Assembly (NCBI RefSeq): GCF_963921235.1
Contig: NC_086099.1
Span: 163,804,001-163,868,000 of the forward strand
Length of the DNA stretch: 64,000 nucleotides
Direction of reading: 5' to 3'
Source: Mobula hypostoma
Taxonomy: Eukaryota
Part shown: piece after piece, positions 50,691-63,109 of the stretch
How the letters are laid out: each line of letters begins with the position of its first letter
Numbering within the stretch: the first letter of the stretch is position 1
Made by a program: the position numbers and the translations under genes
Notes under the pieces: generated by a model
The model's database searches: none
Told to the model about the DNA's origin: nothing
What the model saw: the letters and a program-made list of their open reading frames with translations, nothing else

Positions 50691-53600
50691 GGTTAAGAAT
50701 TTCCTGCATTACAGGGGGCTTGATCTGTTTAATTTCTCATCATGGGAACAACCCACTTTATTTGCTGCATAAACCTATCCCAAACTTGGATCGGGAAATC
50801 AGGCTGCACACAATGTGGACTCATCAGGGATCGATAGGATCAAAGGAAACTCTCTCAGCTTTTGCACTTTGTGCAATGACAGTTAAAGTACCATTTGTCT
50901 TTGTAATAGTTGCTATTTCTCCTATTAACCTTCAGCGATTCGTGTACAAAACCAACCAGATCCATCTGAACACCAATACCTTTGAAGCATTTGCCATTAA
51001 ACAAAGAATCCACCTTTCTAATATTTCTGCCAAAGTTGATGATCTCACATTTTGCACATTACGTTCCATCAGCACGTCCGTCTCATTTATCTCCCCTTAA
51101 GTCCTCTCTGCATTCTTCTCACAGCCCACACTATCATCCAGTTTTGTGTGTAATGTTTGAGATAGGTTTAGCAATACATTGTAACTATACTTTATGCAGC
51201 CCTGCCAGGATCCCATATTCTTTATTAGTTGCCTCATTAATAGTTTCCTCAAAAGATATGTGTGTGAATGTGCCCAGTGTCTAAGGTCACAATCCTGTTC
51301 AGGATCATGCTATTTGGCTGCCGTATCTTTTCTCACGGACTTCAAAAAATTATTACCATACACTTATCTATGTTGTATTTAATCTGTTACCTTTCCCATA
51401 AACCTTATGTCTTCAGAGTTTGTTACATTGAAAAGTTTTATAACAACTGCAAGTTTTATAACAATGCTTTGAGCTCTGTGTGGAAAAAGAGACCATTCAG
51501 GCTGCAGGAAGTGTGAAAGGGGTGTTCCAGAATGGTCAGTGTTGGAAGCACTGGCATTCATAATTAATATTAATTATTCAGCATTGAAACAAATAGCCCA
51601 GAATTGGGGACAGGGCTAACACTTAGGAGGGTCTGGATCTGAGCGACTGCTAGGAATGGAAAGCAAATAATACTGATTCTGATGCTGGTGCTGATTCTGA
51701 AACAAAAACGGGAAAGCTGGAAGAACTCAGTCAGGTCGTGTCTGTGAAAAGAAAATGTTTCAGGTCAGTGACGCTTCAGAGGGTTGACCAGACCCTTTCT
51801 TGGTCAGCTGGAGTTTGTTAAATCGTCAGATTTCCCTGCTTGAGGGATATTTGTTTTTCACCAAATTTGCAGTTGTGTGATCACCATTGCTCCAAGTCAT
51901 TTTTATTTTTAATTATGGCACTATAAAATCACTGGCTGCCTGGTGGTATTCAAACTAATTTCTTTGGAACAACAGTCCAAGTGTCTGATATCAGTCTAGT
52001 AACTTAACCATATTGTTCCTGTGCACTTAACAAAATGCTCCATACCAGGAGAATACTTCAGAAATCTAATGAGCACATTAACAAAGATGAAATTGGTTTA
52101 TTTGGGATGAAACAATAAAAAAAACTTGATTATATGAGCAAATGGGCAACATCTTAAAGGAGTGTCAGCAGAACAAGTAAGCAAAGCTTGCAGGGCACTG
52201 AGATGTATTTTCAAGGACTGAACAGATGGAAGTTTTTTTTAGAAAAGAAAAGGCTTTCAGGATGACTTGACAAGTTATTAAAGTTATGAATAGATTGGAC
52301 AGAGAAGAGATTCTCTCTATTTGTACGACGATCTAAAACTTGAGTTAATACAAAAGAGTCACTGACAATTCCAGAAAGGAAAATGGAAAGTAATTTGTTA
52401 ATTGAAGAGAGTCATTGGAACATAGGACTTTATACCATGGAAAGTGGTTGAGATAAATAACCTAGGTACTTCAAAAAGAAACCAAACAACTACTCGTGTG
52501 AAAAAGGAATAGAATGATATATTGAAAGGCTGAAAAGAGGCATATGAAATATAAACACTAGTTCAGACCATTTGTACAGAACAGCCTGTTCTTGTGTTCT
52601 ATTGACGACTTTTAGCATATTCTCTGCAAATATCTCTTGTGAGTTATTTTCTCTGTGTTATCATAACATGGCTCTTACAGATAAGACCATTAGACATAGT
52701 AGAATTAAGCATATTTGGCCCATCAATTCTGCTCTGTCGTTTCATCACAGCTGATTTATTACCCCTCTCAATCCTTTTCCCCAACCTTCTTCGCATAACC
52801 TTTGACATCCTGATTAATCAAGAACCGATTAACCTCCATTTTAAATATACTCAGTGACTTGTCCTTCACTGTCATCCGTGGCAATGAATTCCACAGATTC
52901 ACAGAAATTCCTCCTCATTTCTGTTCTAAATGGACATCCCTCTATTCTGAGGCTGTGCACTCTGGTCATAGACCCACCCACTATAGGAACATCCTTTCCA
53001 CATCCACTCTATCTTGGCCTTTCTATATGTGATAATTTTCAAAGAGATCCTGCCTCATTCTTCTAAACTCCAGCAAATACAGGTCCAGAGCCATCAAACT
53101 CTCCTTATATGTTACTCCTTTCTTTCCTGGAATCCTTCTCCTGAATCTCCTCTGGATCCTCTCCAATGCCAGTACATCTTTTCTCAGGTAAGGGGCCCAA
53201 AACTGCTCACAATACTTACAAAGCCTGAGCATTGTGTCCTTGCTTTTATATTCTACTCCTTTCGAAATGAATGCTAACCTTGCATTTGCCTTCCTTACCA
53301 CCGACTCAACCTGCAAGTTAATCTTTAGGGATTCCTGCACAAGGACTTCCAAGTCCCTTTGCACCACTGATTTTTGAACTTTCTTCCGTTTACAAAATAG
53401 TCTACACTTTTATTCCTTCTACCAAAGCTCATGACCAATCATTTCCCAGCACTATATTCCAACTCACACTTCTTTTCCCATTCTCCCAATCTAAGTCCAT
53501 CCGCAGGCTCCCTAGCTTCTGCAATACTACCTGCCCCTCCATCTATCTTTGTATCATCTGCAAACTTAGCCACAAACTCATCAATTCCATCATCCAAGCC

Positions 53601-54929
53601 ATTGACATATAATGTGAAAAGAAGCAGTCCCAATACCAGCCCCTGCGGAACACCGCCAGTCATCATCAACCAAACAAAATAGGCCCCTTGTATTCCCACT
53701 CATTTCCTCCTGTCAGCCAGCCAGTCTTCTATCCATGCTAGTATCTTTCCTGTAATGTTGTGGGGTTTTATCTTATTAAGCAGCCTCATGTGTGGCACCT
53801 TGACAAAGGCCTCCTGAAAATCCAAATAACCAACATTCACTGACTGTCTATCCTGCCTGTTATTTCCTCAAAGAATTCAAACAGATTTTCTAGGCAAGAT
53901 ACTCCAAATTCTTCCCAACAACTGATGTCAGGCTAACTGACCTATAATTTCCTTTCTTTTGCCTCCCTCCCTTCTTAAAAAGTGGAGTGATATTTGCAAT
54001 TTTTCAGTCCTACAGAAACATTCCAAAATCAAGTGATTCTTGAAAGAACAGTACTAATGTCTCTTTCAGAACCCTGGGGTGTGTTCCATCTGTTCCAGGG
54101 GATTGGCGTACCTTCAGACTTGTAGTTTCCCAAGCATCTTCACCTTAGTAGTTGCAACTATACTTATTTCTGCCCCTGAACCTCTCAAATTTCTAGTATA
54201 CTGCTAGTGACTTCCACAGAGAGACTAATGCAAAATACTCATAAGCATCCTACATATTTCCTCTCTTGGGATCCAACACCAATCTGATTTTCCCAATCTA
54301 CCTGCATATTGAAGTCCCCCATGAATATTGTAACATTGTCTTTATTATATGGCTTTTCTATCCCGTTGCAATTTATTCCACATCCTGACCACTGTTATGA
54401 AGTCTATATATAACTCCCATCAGGGTCTTTTTACCCTTATAGTTCTTAACTCTACCCACAAGGATTCTATACCCTCCCAATCCTATGTCACCTCTATTTA
54501 AGGATTTGGTTTCATTTTTCCCTACCAAGCTTCACCTCCCCCTCTGCCTACCTGCCTATCCTTTGGATGCAATTTGTATACTTGAATGTTCAGCTCCCAA
54601 TTACGATTTTCTTTCAGCCACGACTCAGAGAAGCCCGCAACATCTTACCTTACAATCTCTAACTGCAAAGATACCTTATTCCATATACTGCTTGCATTCA
54701 AGTATCACACTTCGAGTCCTGTATACCACACCCTTTTCGATTTTGTCCCCATCCTACACTTCACCTCATCCCACTGACAGCAATTTTGCCCTATCGTCTG
54801 CCTGTCCTTCCTCACGGTCTCACAATACATCAACTTGTATACCAACTGCCCCATCCTCAGCCCTCTCTGCATTGCTCCAAAGGGTGCTATATGAGGTCAT
54901 TCTTATCCTTGGCCATTGGGTTCGATAAT

Positions 54930-55106
54930 GAACACAAACAAAATGCTGGAGGAACGCAGGAGTCCAGGCGGCATCTGTGGAAAAAAAGTACAGTCGACAT
55001 TTCAGGCCAAGACCCTTTAGCAGATACTGCCTGGCCTGCTGAGTTCCTCCAGCATTTTGAGTGTGTTGTTTGTATTTCCAGCATCTGCAGATTTTCTATT
55101 GTCTGT
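54930..55106. mobile_element. Palindromic PLE family B mini-element, sitting within a Rex1-type 3' UTR (~54865-55480)
   Basis: AACACAAACAAAATGCTGGAGGAAC... is inverted against ...GTTCCTCCAGCATTTTGAGTGTGTT. Confidence 0.8.
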
Positions 55107-55657
55107 GAGGCTCTATAATGAGTCAACCTAACGCTGGAGAAGTGATGATGCCTCCTATTAGACTGCTATTAAACTCTGTTTACCAGCGCTCTGTTTAAGC
55201 TCTGATTTTGCTCTGTTTACCCCACCCTGCTATACTGTGCAATTCTACCATCACTTCTTATCTGGATGGTGTGAATATGCACCCATTACTGTATAACGTT
55301 ATGGTAATTCTTACACCACCATCTCATCAGTATGAACTTGGAAATCTTGTATATCTTATTTTTAAGGTAACATTTCTTTATTCTTTCTTACTTCTCTTCT
55401 AGTATTTGCCTACCTGTGCACCTGTAATGCCACTGTGACACTGTAAATTTCCTTTGCGATCAATAAAGTACCTATCTATTCCCCTGCCAAATCAGTTTAA
55501 ACCTCCCCCAACACCTTTTGTAGACCTGCCCACAAGGATATTGGTCTTCCTCAGGTTCAGGTGTAAACCATCCTTTTTCCGCAGGTCGTACCTTCATCAG
55601 AAGAGTTCACAATGATTCAGAACTCTGAAACCCTGCCCATCTATGCTGCTCCCTCAG

Positions 55658-56023
55658 AATAGATGAGTCTCTCCTTTGATCAGGGTGAACTATGAATGTT
55701 GCATCCAAGCTGTCTGTGCGAGCTAGGGCATTATGATATGGAGAGCAAGCTGTCACCTTTGCAGCAGACTCCCCTTCTCCATGCAGCTGATAAGTCCAAA
55801 GGAACGGCAGAGGTGGATACAGTTTGGCACCAGTGGCATCGCAGGAGTTGCCACTCAGTGTTGAATTCACCGTCGGACTGCATTAGAGACTCCAGTTCTG
55901 AATTTTTCCTCGGAATATTCCCAAAGCTTTCCTCATGAGAAGGAATAGCCGTAAGCAGCAGAGGTTTAAGATCAGAGTTTTCCTTCTCTTAGCTGAGACA
56001 TCAACCACAGCTGACAAGCTCCA
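55658..56023. mobile_element. 366-bp insertion, probably related to an RTE 5' UTR
   Basis: 9-bp TSD CTCCCTCAG (55649-55657 and 56024-56032). GATACAGTTTGGCACCAG...GCAGGAGTTGCC resembles RTE 5' regions (from recall, not searched). Confidence 0.6.
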
Positions 56024-56699
56024 CTCCCTCAGTCACTCATTCATTTGTACTACCCTCCTATTTCTGCCCTGGCTAGCACAAGGTACTGGGAGTAATCTAG
56101 AGATGGCTACCTTGGAAGTCCTGCTTTTAAGCCTCTATCCTGACTCCTTGTACTTATTGCACAGGACTTCTTCACCCTTTCATGGTGCCAATGTGCACCA
56201 TTACCTCTGGCTGCTCACCTCCATCTTAAGCCACTCTGAAATATTCTGGACCCTGGACCCTGGCACCTGGCAAGACATTATCCTGACATCAATTTCTCGG
56301 TCACTGAATACCCTGTCCATCCCCTAACTACCAAGTTTACAATCGCTGTCGCTCTGCCTGACTTTACGCTTCCCTGTTGTGGCTCGAGGCTAGCCACAGT
56401 GCTACTGGCCTGGCTGTTGCTGCTGTGCCCCAGATAGGTCATACACCCCCAGCACTATACAAAGGGGTTTAAGTTGTTGATGAGGGGAATGGCTACATGG
56501 AAACCCCGCACTGATTGCTTACTCCCCTTACTTTTCCTTCTGGTCACCCACCTACTATCTGAAGCCTGCACTCTGGATGTGACCACTTCAGTCTCATTTA
56601 TGAGGCTGTCAGCCTCTCGGTTAATCCTACGTACATTCGGCTCCAGCTCCAGTTCCTTGAATTTGTCAGTCTGGAGTTGCAGTTGGATGCACTTCCCAC

Positions 56700-56905
56700 A
56701 GATTAGATTCAACTTTATTGTCATTGTGCCGAGTACAGATACAAAGCCAATGAAATGCATTTAGTATCTGACCAGAAATGCAATGAATAGTGTTATTTAC
56801 AAAATAACTGTGAATAAATAAAGTGCTACAGCACACAAATATAAAAGTACTGAGACAGTACAATACGGATGCAATACTGCTTAGCGCTGTGATGAGAGGT
56901 TCAGC
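56700..56905 (-). mobile_element. Rex1-type 3' tail, same family as 36420-37027
   Basis: Near-identical reverse complement of 36815-37020. Confidence 0.92.
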
Positions 56906-58100
56906 AGTAGCCATTGGGGAGACCTTTAGTTACCCTGAAATCCCACATCTCAGAGGAGCATTCCACTGCCTTAATTATCATCCTGAATACACTTGTTGTA
57001 TCTGTAACTTCTAAAGTTTAAATCTTACCCTGTGCCTGTTCTTGTCTAAGCCCGTTGAACCAAAGCCTGACCACGCTAACACTGGCCCACTCACACAATG
57101 ACTACTCCTGTTACAGCTCGCTTCTTGTTATTGGCCCTTGATGGCTGCCTAAAAGATCTGAAAAAACCCGAAAAGCCCCGAGCTCTTAATGAACCTCACA
57201 CTGCCTCTCCACCAATCGATTGCAGATTGCAGATTGCAGATCGCAGACAAGCTCCGAAAGGCTCTGAGCTCTTCTTAAATCTTATGCTGCCTCACCAATG
57301 AAGAACTGAAAGATCTGCTTCAGATCTGAAAGATATCAAAGCAAATATTTAAGGAACACATTTGAAATGTATTTCAATGTTTCAAATCTGTTTCAAATTT
57401 ATACCGCAATTGCCTTTTATTATTAACAGAGCAAGCGACAGTGGTGGAACACAGATATCATTGTGGTCCTTTGTTTAGTTCATACTTTATATAAGGCAGC
57501 CTCATCAATCACACAGCAACTAATTTATGGTAGAAGCTGCAGGTCTGTCACAAACATAATCATAAGAAATTTGAAACAGCATTACAACTCAAGATTTATG
57601 CCTTTAGGGAAAATATAATCAGTATAATACAGAGAATACAAGTCACTGTCCTCTACAACCAATTATGTGGCCTTGATCATGGATCAAAATTACAGTTTCA
57701 GAATGAAGTGAAACTATATAATTTGATGAAATCTGTCACAAACTCCAAGATACAGCAGAAAACCTTATTGTATTCGGCATCCTCCTTTAGTAATCTAAGA
57801 AAAGTATACTATTGGTCTTAAAGATGAGATATGAGTGGTTTTATTTAAGGTATTATGAACCTTTTAATGGACCTTCAAATATGTTATCTTCAGAGTAGTG
57901 TTGAGAACTGTAATAGTGCAGGATATTGGGAAGGGTTGTGGCCAAGAGTGTTTTTGGGCTCTTAATGTTTCTCCCCAGGATTAGGCTGCAGATTCTATCA
58001 ATGTATCTATGCCATCTGAACTTGGATGTATTTTAGAAAATACATGAGACATTTCAAGGAATGAATGTGGTACACATAGTAACTAATTATCAGATGGAAA

Positions 58101-58640
58101 TTCTTCTTCATGTGCCTTGCACGTTACACGCTTGGGCAATCCTGGCTCTCCACATCAAACGATCCCTTGCAGCATCAACGATATCTCGCACACATAGATC
58201 TGTTAGTTTTTTCACAGTGTCCATATATTTTCTTCTTTGCCTTCCTCTTCCGTGTTTCCCAGGCATACGGCCTTGTAACATAAGGCATTCTATTTCACCC
58301 TTTCTGATGACATGGCCCAGGAATGTAAGTTTCCTCTCATTTAATGTTCTCATTAAAGATCTTTTTGTAGGGGTACGTGGAGTACTGTCTCATTAGTTAC
58401 TCTATCTCTAGGTAATATTTTCAGCATTCTTCTAAGAAACCACATTTGTTTTGCTTCTAAGTTTCTTTGGAGTTCTGGTGTTATAGTCCATGTTTCGGAA
58501 GCATACAGCAAGATTGACTAGATGTAACATCTTAGCAGCCTAAGCCTTGTTGTCATAGAAATGTGTCTGTTGGTAAAAATAGGTTTCATTTTTTGGAAGT
58601 TGGTTTTGGCAATGGCAGTTCTTCTTTTTATTTCTACTTT
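58101..58640 (-). mobile_element. RTE-clade LINE 3' end
   Basis: RKLTFLGHVIRK...GKHGRGRQRRKYMD...ARDRLMWR followed by a (GAA)n tail. Confidence 0.9.
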
Positions 58641-58719
58641 ACTTCCAAAACAACAACAACAGCAAAGCTTGGGCGATATCTAGTGTGTGATTCCCAATTG
58701 GGAACGCCAGTAGAGGGCA

Positions 58720-61400
58720 CTTCCATACCTGACAGTGAACCAACCAGTCACAATGCTCTCCACGACATCTGTAGAAATATGCCACTGTTTGGTGACAAAT
58801 CCCATCAAATTTAGATGGTGGCATGCCTTCTTTGTAATTGCATCAATATGTAGGGCCCAGGATAGATCTTCAGAGATGTTGACACCCAGCTACTTGAAGC
58901 TGCTCACCCATTTCACTGCTGACCCCTCAATGAGAATTGCCTTGTGTTCTCCTGACTTTCCCTTTCTGAAGTCTATAATCAATTCCGTGGTCTCATTGAT
59001 GTTAAGTGCAAGGTTGTTTTTGTGACACCACTCAACCAACTGATCTGTTTCACTCCTGTGCATTTCCTTCTCAGAGTCGCCATCTGAGGTTCTACCAACA
59101 GCAATTGGGTCATTTGCAAATATATAGATGACGTTTGAGCTATGACTAGCCATACAGTAATGACTTTAGAGAGAGCAGAGCAGTGGGCTAAGTATGCATC
59201 CTTGAGGTGTGCCTGTGTTAATCATCACTGAGGAGATGTTATTTCCAATCTGCACTGACCATGCTTTCCCAATGAGAAAATCACAGTTCTGTTGTACAGG
59301 GAGGTACCGAGCCCCAGATTTTAAAGTTTGTTTATTAGTATTGAGGGGTTGATGGTGTTAAAAACTGAGCTATAATCAATAAACAGCAGCTGGCGTAAGT
59401 ATTGCTATTGTCCTGGTGATCTAGGTGCATCCACTGTAGATCTGTTGTGGCGGTAGGCAAGTTGCTTTGGTCCAGGTCCTTACCAGGCAGGAGTTAATTC
59501 TAGCCATGACCAACCTCTCAAAGCACTTCATTCCAGTAGATACGAGTACTACCAGGTGATAGTCATTAAGGCAGTTCACTCTACTCTTCTTGGGCACCGG
59601 TATAATTGATGCCCTTTTGAAGTAAGTGGGAACCTCTGACCTGTGAGTGATTAAAGATGTCTTTGAACATTCCAGCCAGTTAGTTGACAAAGGTTTTCAG
59701 GGCCCTGCCAGATATACCACTGAGGCCTGATGCCTTCCGAGAGTTAACCCTCTTGGAAGATGTTCCAATGGCAGCCTCTAAGATAGGGATCACAGGGTCA
59801 CTAATTACTGCAGGGATTCTCAAAGGTGTAGTTTTATTCTCCCTATCAAAGCATGCATAAAAGACGTTCAACTTGTTGGAATTGAAGAATCTCGGACATT
59901 TATGGTGTTAGGCTTCACCTTGTAGGAGGTATTGGCCTGCAAAACTTGCCATAGCTTATGTGCATCCAATTTTGTCTCTAATTTCATTTGGAATTGGGTT
60001 TTGCTCTTAAGATAGTCTTCCATAGGTCACCTCTGGACTTCTTGTCGATATCTGGATCACTGGTCTTGAGTGCCACAGATCCAGCCCTCAGCAGACTGCA
60101 AATTTTCTGGCTCATCCACAGCCTGTTGTTTGAGGACATACAGTATGTTCTCGAAGGCACACACTCATCCACACAGGCCTTGATGAAGTTGGTGATAACA
60201 GTGGCATGTTCATTCCGATCCAAAGATGAAGCTCTGAATATCGTCCAGTCCACCAATTCAAAGCATTCCTGTAAGTGATCCTCTGCCTCTATTGACCATA
60301 TCTTTGCAGTCCTCACCACTGGGGATGCAGTTCTTTGTCTCTGCCTGTATGCTGGGAAAAGTACAGCCATGTGATCCGGCATGTTAAGGTGTGAGCGTGG
60401 GATGGCACAGTAAGCATTCTTGATGGTGTTGTAATGGTGGTCAAGTGTGTTGGCAAATCTGTTTCTACAGATGATATGTTGGTAGTAGTTAATTAAATAC
60501 TTATTCAATTTAGTTGAAGAATATCGCAGGAAAGCAGCATCCAACAATGAGGACCCACATCACCAGGTTCAGGAACAGTTATTTTTCCTGAACCATCAAG
60601 CTCTTGAACCAGAGCAGATAACTTCTTTCAACTTTACTCACCACGACATTCAACAGATTCCACAACCAATCGACTGACTCTCAAGGACTCTTCATCTCAT
60701 GTTCTTGATATTTATTGTCCACTTACTTAATAATATTATTTTGAGTTTTTTTCCCTTTTTTCATACTTTCAGTTTGTTGTCTTTAGCATATTAGTTATTT
60801 GTCCATCTTCTTTGTGGTTTTTCATTGATTTTCTTTGTATTTACTCTGAATACCTGCAAGAAAGTGCATCTCAGTAGTATATGGTGACATATATGTACTT
60901 TGTACTTTAAACTTTGCCCCCTGAAATGATCGGGAAGGCATCATTGCTGATCACGGTGCTCAGCTCCTCATTGCCAGTTTGATATGGGCCATGGTTGGGG
61001 GAGGTGGTGAATGTGCACTTCACCTTGGATGACAGCGGAAAACTCCCTTGGCAGATGCAATGGGTAGCACTTGACCACCAGTTGCTTCAGGTCTGGGGTG
61101 CAGGACTTGTTAGAACCACCATGTCTGTGCACCACGGTGAACTGATCATGAAGCTTACACCACTACCTCTGCCTTTTCCTGAAAGTCGATGTGCTGGAAG
61201 GTGAAGCTGTCGGGCCAAAGAACTTTGTCCAGAGTGCCGGTGGTTTGCCATGTCACTGTGAAGCAAAGTACACACCAGTTCCTGATGTCCCTTTGATACT
61301 GCAGTCTTGCTCTGTGGTCTTCAATTTTATTTATTTTCCAGACCCTTGCTCTCTCAGATGAAAACTGCACTCACCGCCTGGGTGGTCTGCAATACCTTTC
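58720..61400 (-). mobile_element. Degenerate Rex1/Babar LINE (endonuclease plus RT) with a nested plus-strand Rex1 tail at 60525-60915
   Basis: VPTYFKRASIIPVPKKS...MKCFERLV, LQECFELVDWTIF, TLDHHYNTIK, WCHKNNLALN. Confidence 0.88.
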
Positions 61401-62605
61401 AACACTTTAGCGACTTGCTTCATCTCTTCACCATTTTCTTCTTTAACCTCTCACTGCTACTTTACACATCACACTACTGCACAATGATCTAAGATAAAGT
61501 TAAAATGACTGTCTTCTGTGAATTTATCATACTAATTTATCCACTTTGTATCCGAGTCTTCTGTAGCCTCAGTACCATCTTACAAGCCCGTTTACAGATT
61601 TACTTTCCTCTTCTCCCAGTGTTAATGAGACTGTATCCGAAAATGTCCACCACATACTGTACATAGTACACTTCTCATGAACCTATAACAGTAATTAGCA
61701 TGAGGTTTTTTTTCTCTAAATCTTCAAAACTGGTCAAGGTGTTAAGACAATTTTTTAAAAACCTGCTTTTAATTTTTTTTTATTAATGCAGGTACATAGA
61801 GAGAAGGATTGAAAGAGGGAGGAGAGGGAGACAAAGGAAGAGTGCAGTATTTATGATGGAGTAACGACATACTGAGAGAGTGTGTTAGTTCAGCCCTGGC
61901 ATTGTAAACAATGAAAGAAAGATGAGAGAATTGAAGAAGCTCTGGGCTTGAATGGAAAGGAGCAAAATCAAAGAAGAAGTTTCAGGAAGAAAGGCAGAGA
62001 TGAGAAATTGCAAAACACATCCAGTTTTCATCAGTGTCATTTAAAATTCATCATGCTTCACTTTCTCAACACATCTTTTTGTTTCCATCAAATTCCTGTT
62101 AACAGCTTGGTTAGTTTGCTGGCAGCACTTGAAACTGGGATTTGATTTAAATTCTTGGTTTATAAAGTTGGATAAAAGGCTGTTAAATCAGCAGAGACTT
62201 TTATCCCCACTGTTAGGTAGGTTGTGAGGCAATGATTCATCAGTCTGTCTAGTTCCTGCTTACCACCTTTCTCACAAATTACCTCTGCATTTTTCATCTC
62301 CCTCTTACTGCTTTCTGCTCCAAACATCCCACTTGTACTCTCTCTCCAAGCTATATAGCTCCTTACCTCTGGGTAAAAAAAGTACAATCAACTGGCCTGT
62401 TGTCCTGCACTGATTATCAGAAGACCTGAGTGTTCTATTACCGCAACACTGTTTTCCTTTATCTACTAACATCCGAAATATTCAAAAATCTATCAGATTA
62501 TTCATTGAACATGTGCAGTAACTGAGCCTTTCCACTCATATAGGGAATTCCAAAGGTGTGCCACACTCTGACTGAAGATATTTCTGATCAAGATCAGACC
62601 TCATG

Positions 62606-63098
62606 CAGTACTGTGCAAAAGTCTTAGTTACATATATATAGCTATGATGCCTAAAATCTTTACACAGTGCTGTAGAGCAGAGAGTTGGTTTGTAAATCTG
62701 GCGGGAGCAAAGGATGTTGGGAATGGCGAGGGTGGAGCACCGCAGGAGGGGTAGGGGACATGTGGCAGAGAAGGAATGCCAGAATGGTGGGATGGCATGG
62801 GTGCAGACACACCCAGCCCTGAGACACCAGGCAAGGTCATTTGTTTCCATACAATTGGTTTATTGATCATTATAGAAAGCCTCTCTCGTGCTTCCTACTC
62901 CCTCCCCTCTCCCTTCCCCTTTCCCACTCTCAATCCACAACAGATACCAATTACAGAATCATGTTTACTCTCACTCATACATGTCGTGATTTTTCTGTGT
63001 CGGTGGCACAGTGCAATACATAAAATTACTACAGTGCTGTGCAAAAGTCTAAGGCACCCTAGCTATATATATATGCCCAAGAGTTTTGCGCAGTACTG
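62606..63098. mobile_element. Complete composite Tc1-like non-autonomous element (mini-MITE, passenger, inverted mini-MITE)
   Basis: Mini-MITEs at 62606-62672 and 63032-63098, each CAGTRCTGTGCAAAAGTCT...CAGTRCTG. Confidence 0.85.
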
Positions 63099-63109
63099 GA
63101 TTTCAACTT

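Larger units (their letters stand above)
52685..57300 (-). mobile_element. Degenerate, internally deleted long CR1 (5' UTR, ORF1, endonuclease, RT, 3' UTR) with nested insertions
   Basis: GVPQGLVLGLLLFTLYVNGLDDG...KFADDTK; ORF1 CGKCIQLQL...VAIPLIN; endonuclease remnants at 54260-54720. Confidence 0.85.

Noticed and set aside
57218-57248. (GATTGCA)n heptamer run
   Set aside because: Only about four units, in a CR1 5' region; ordinary slippage.
60525-60915. Second twin-priming inversion
   Set aside because: The minus-strand Rex1 reads contiguously across it (…DAFPIISG | FN…LINYYQH), so it is a nested insertion.
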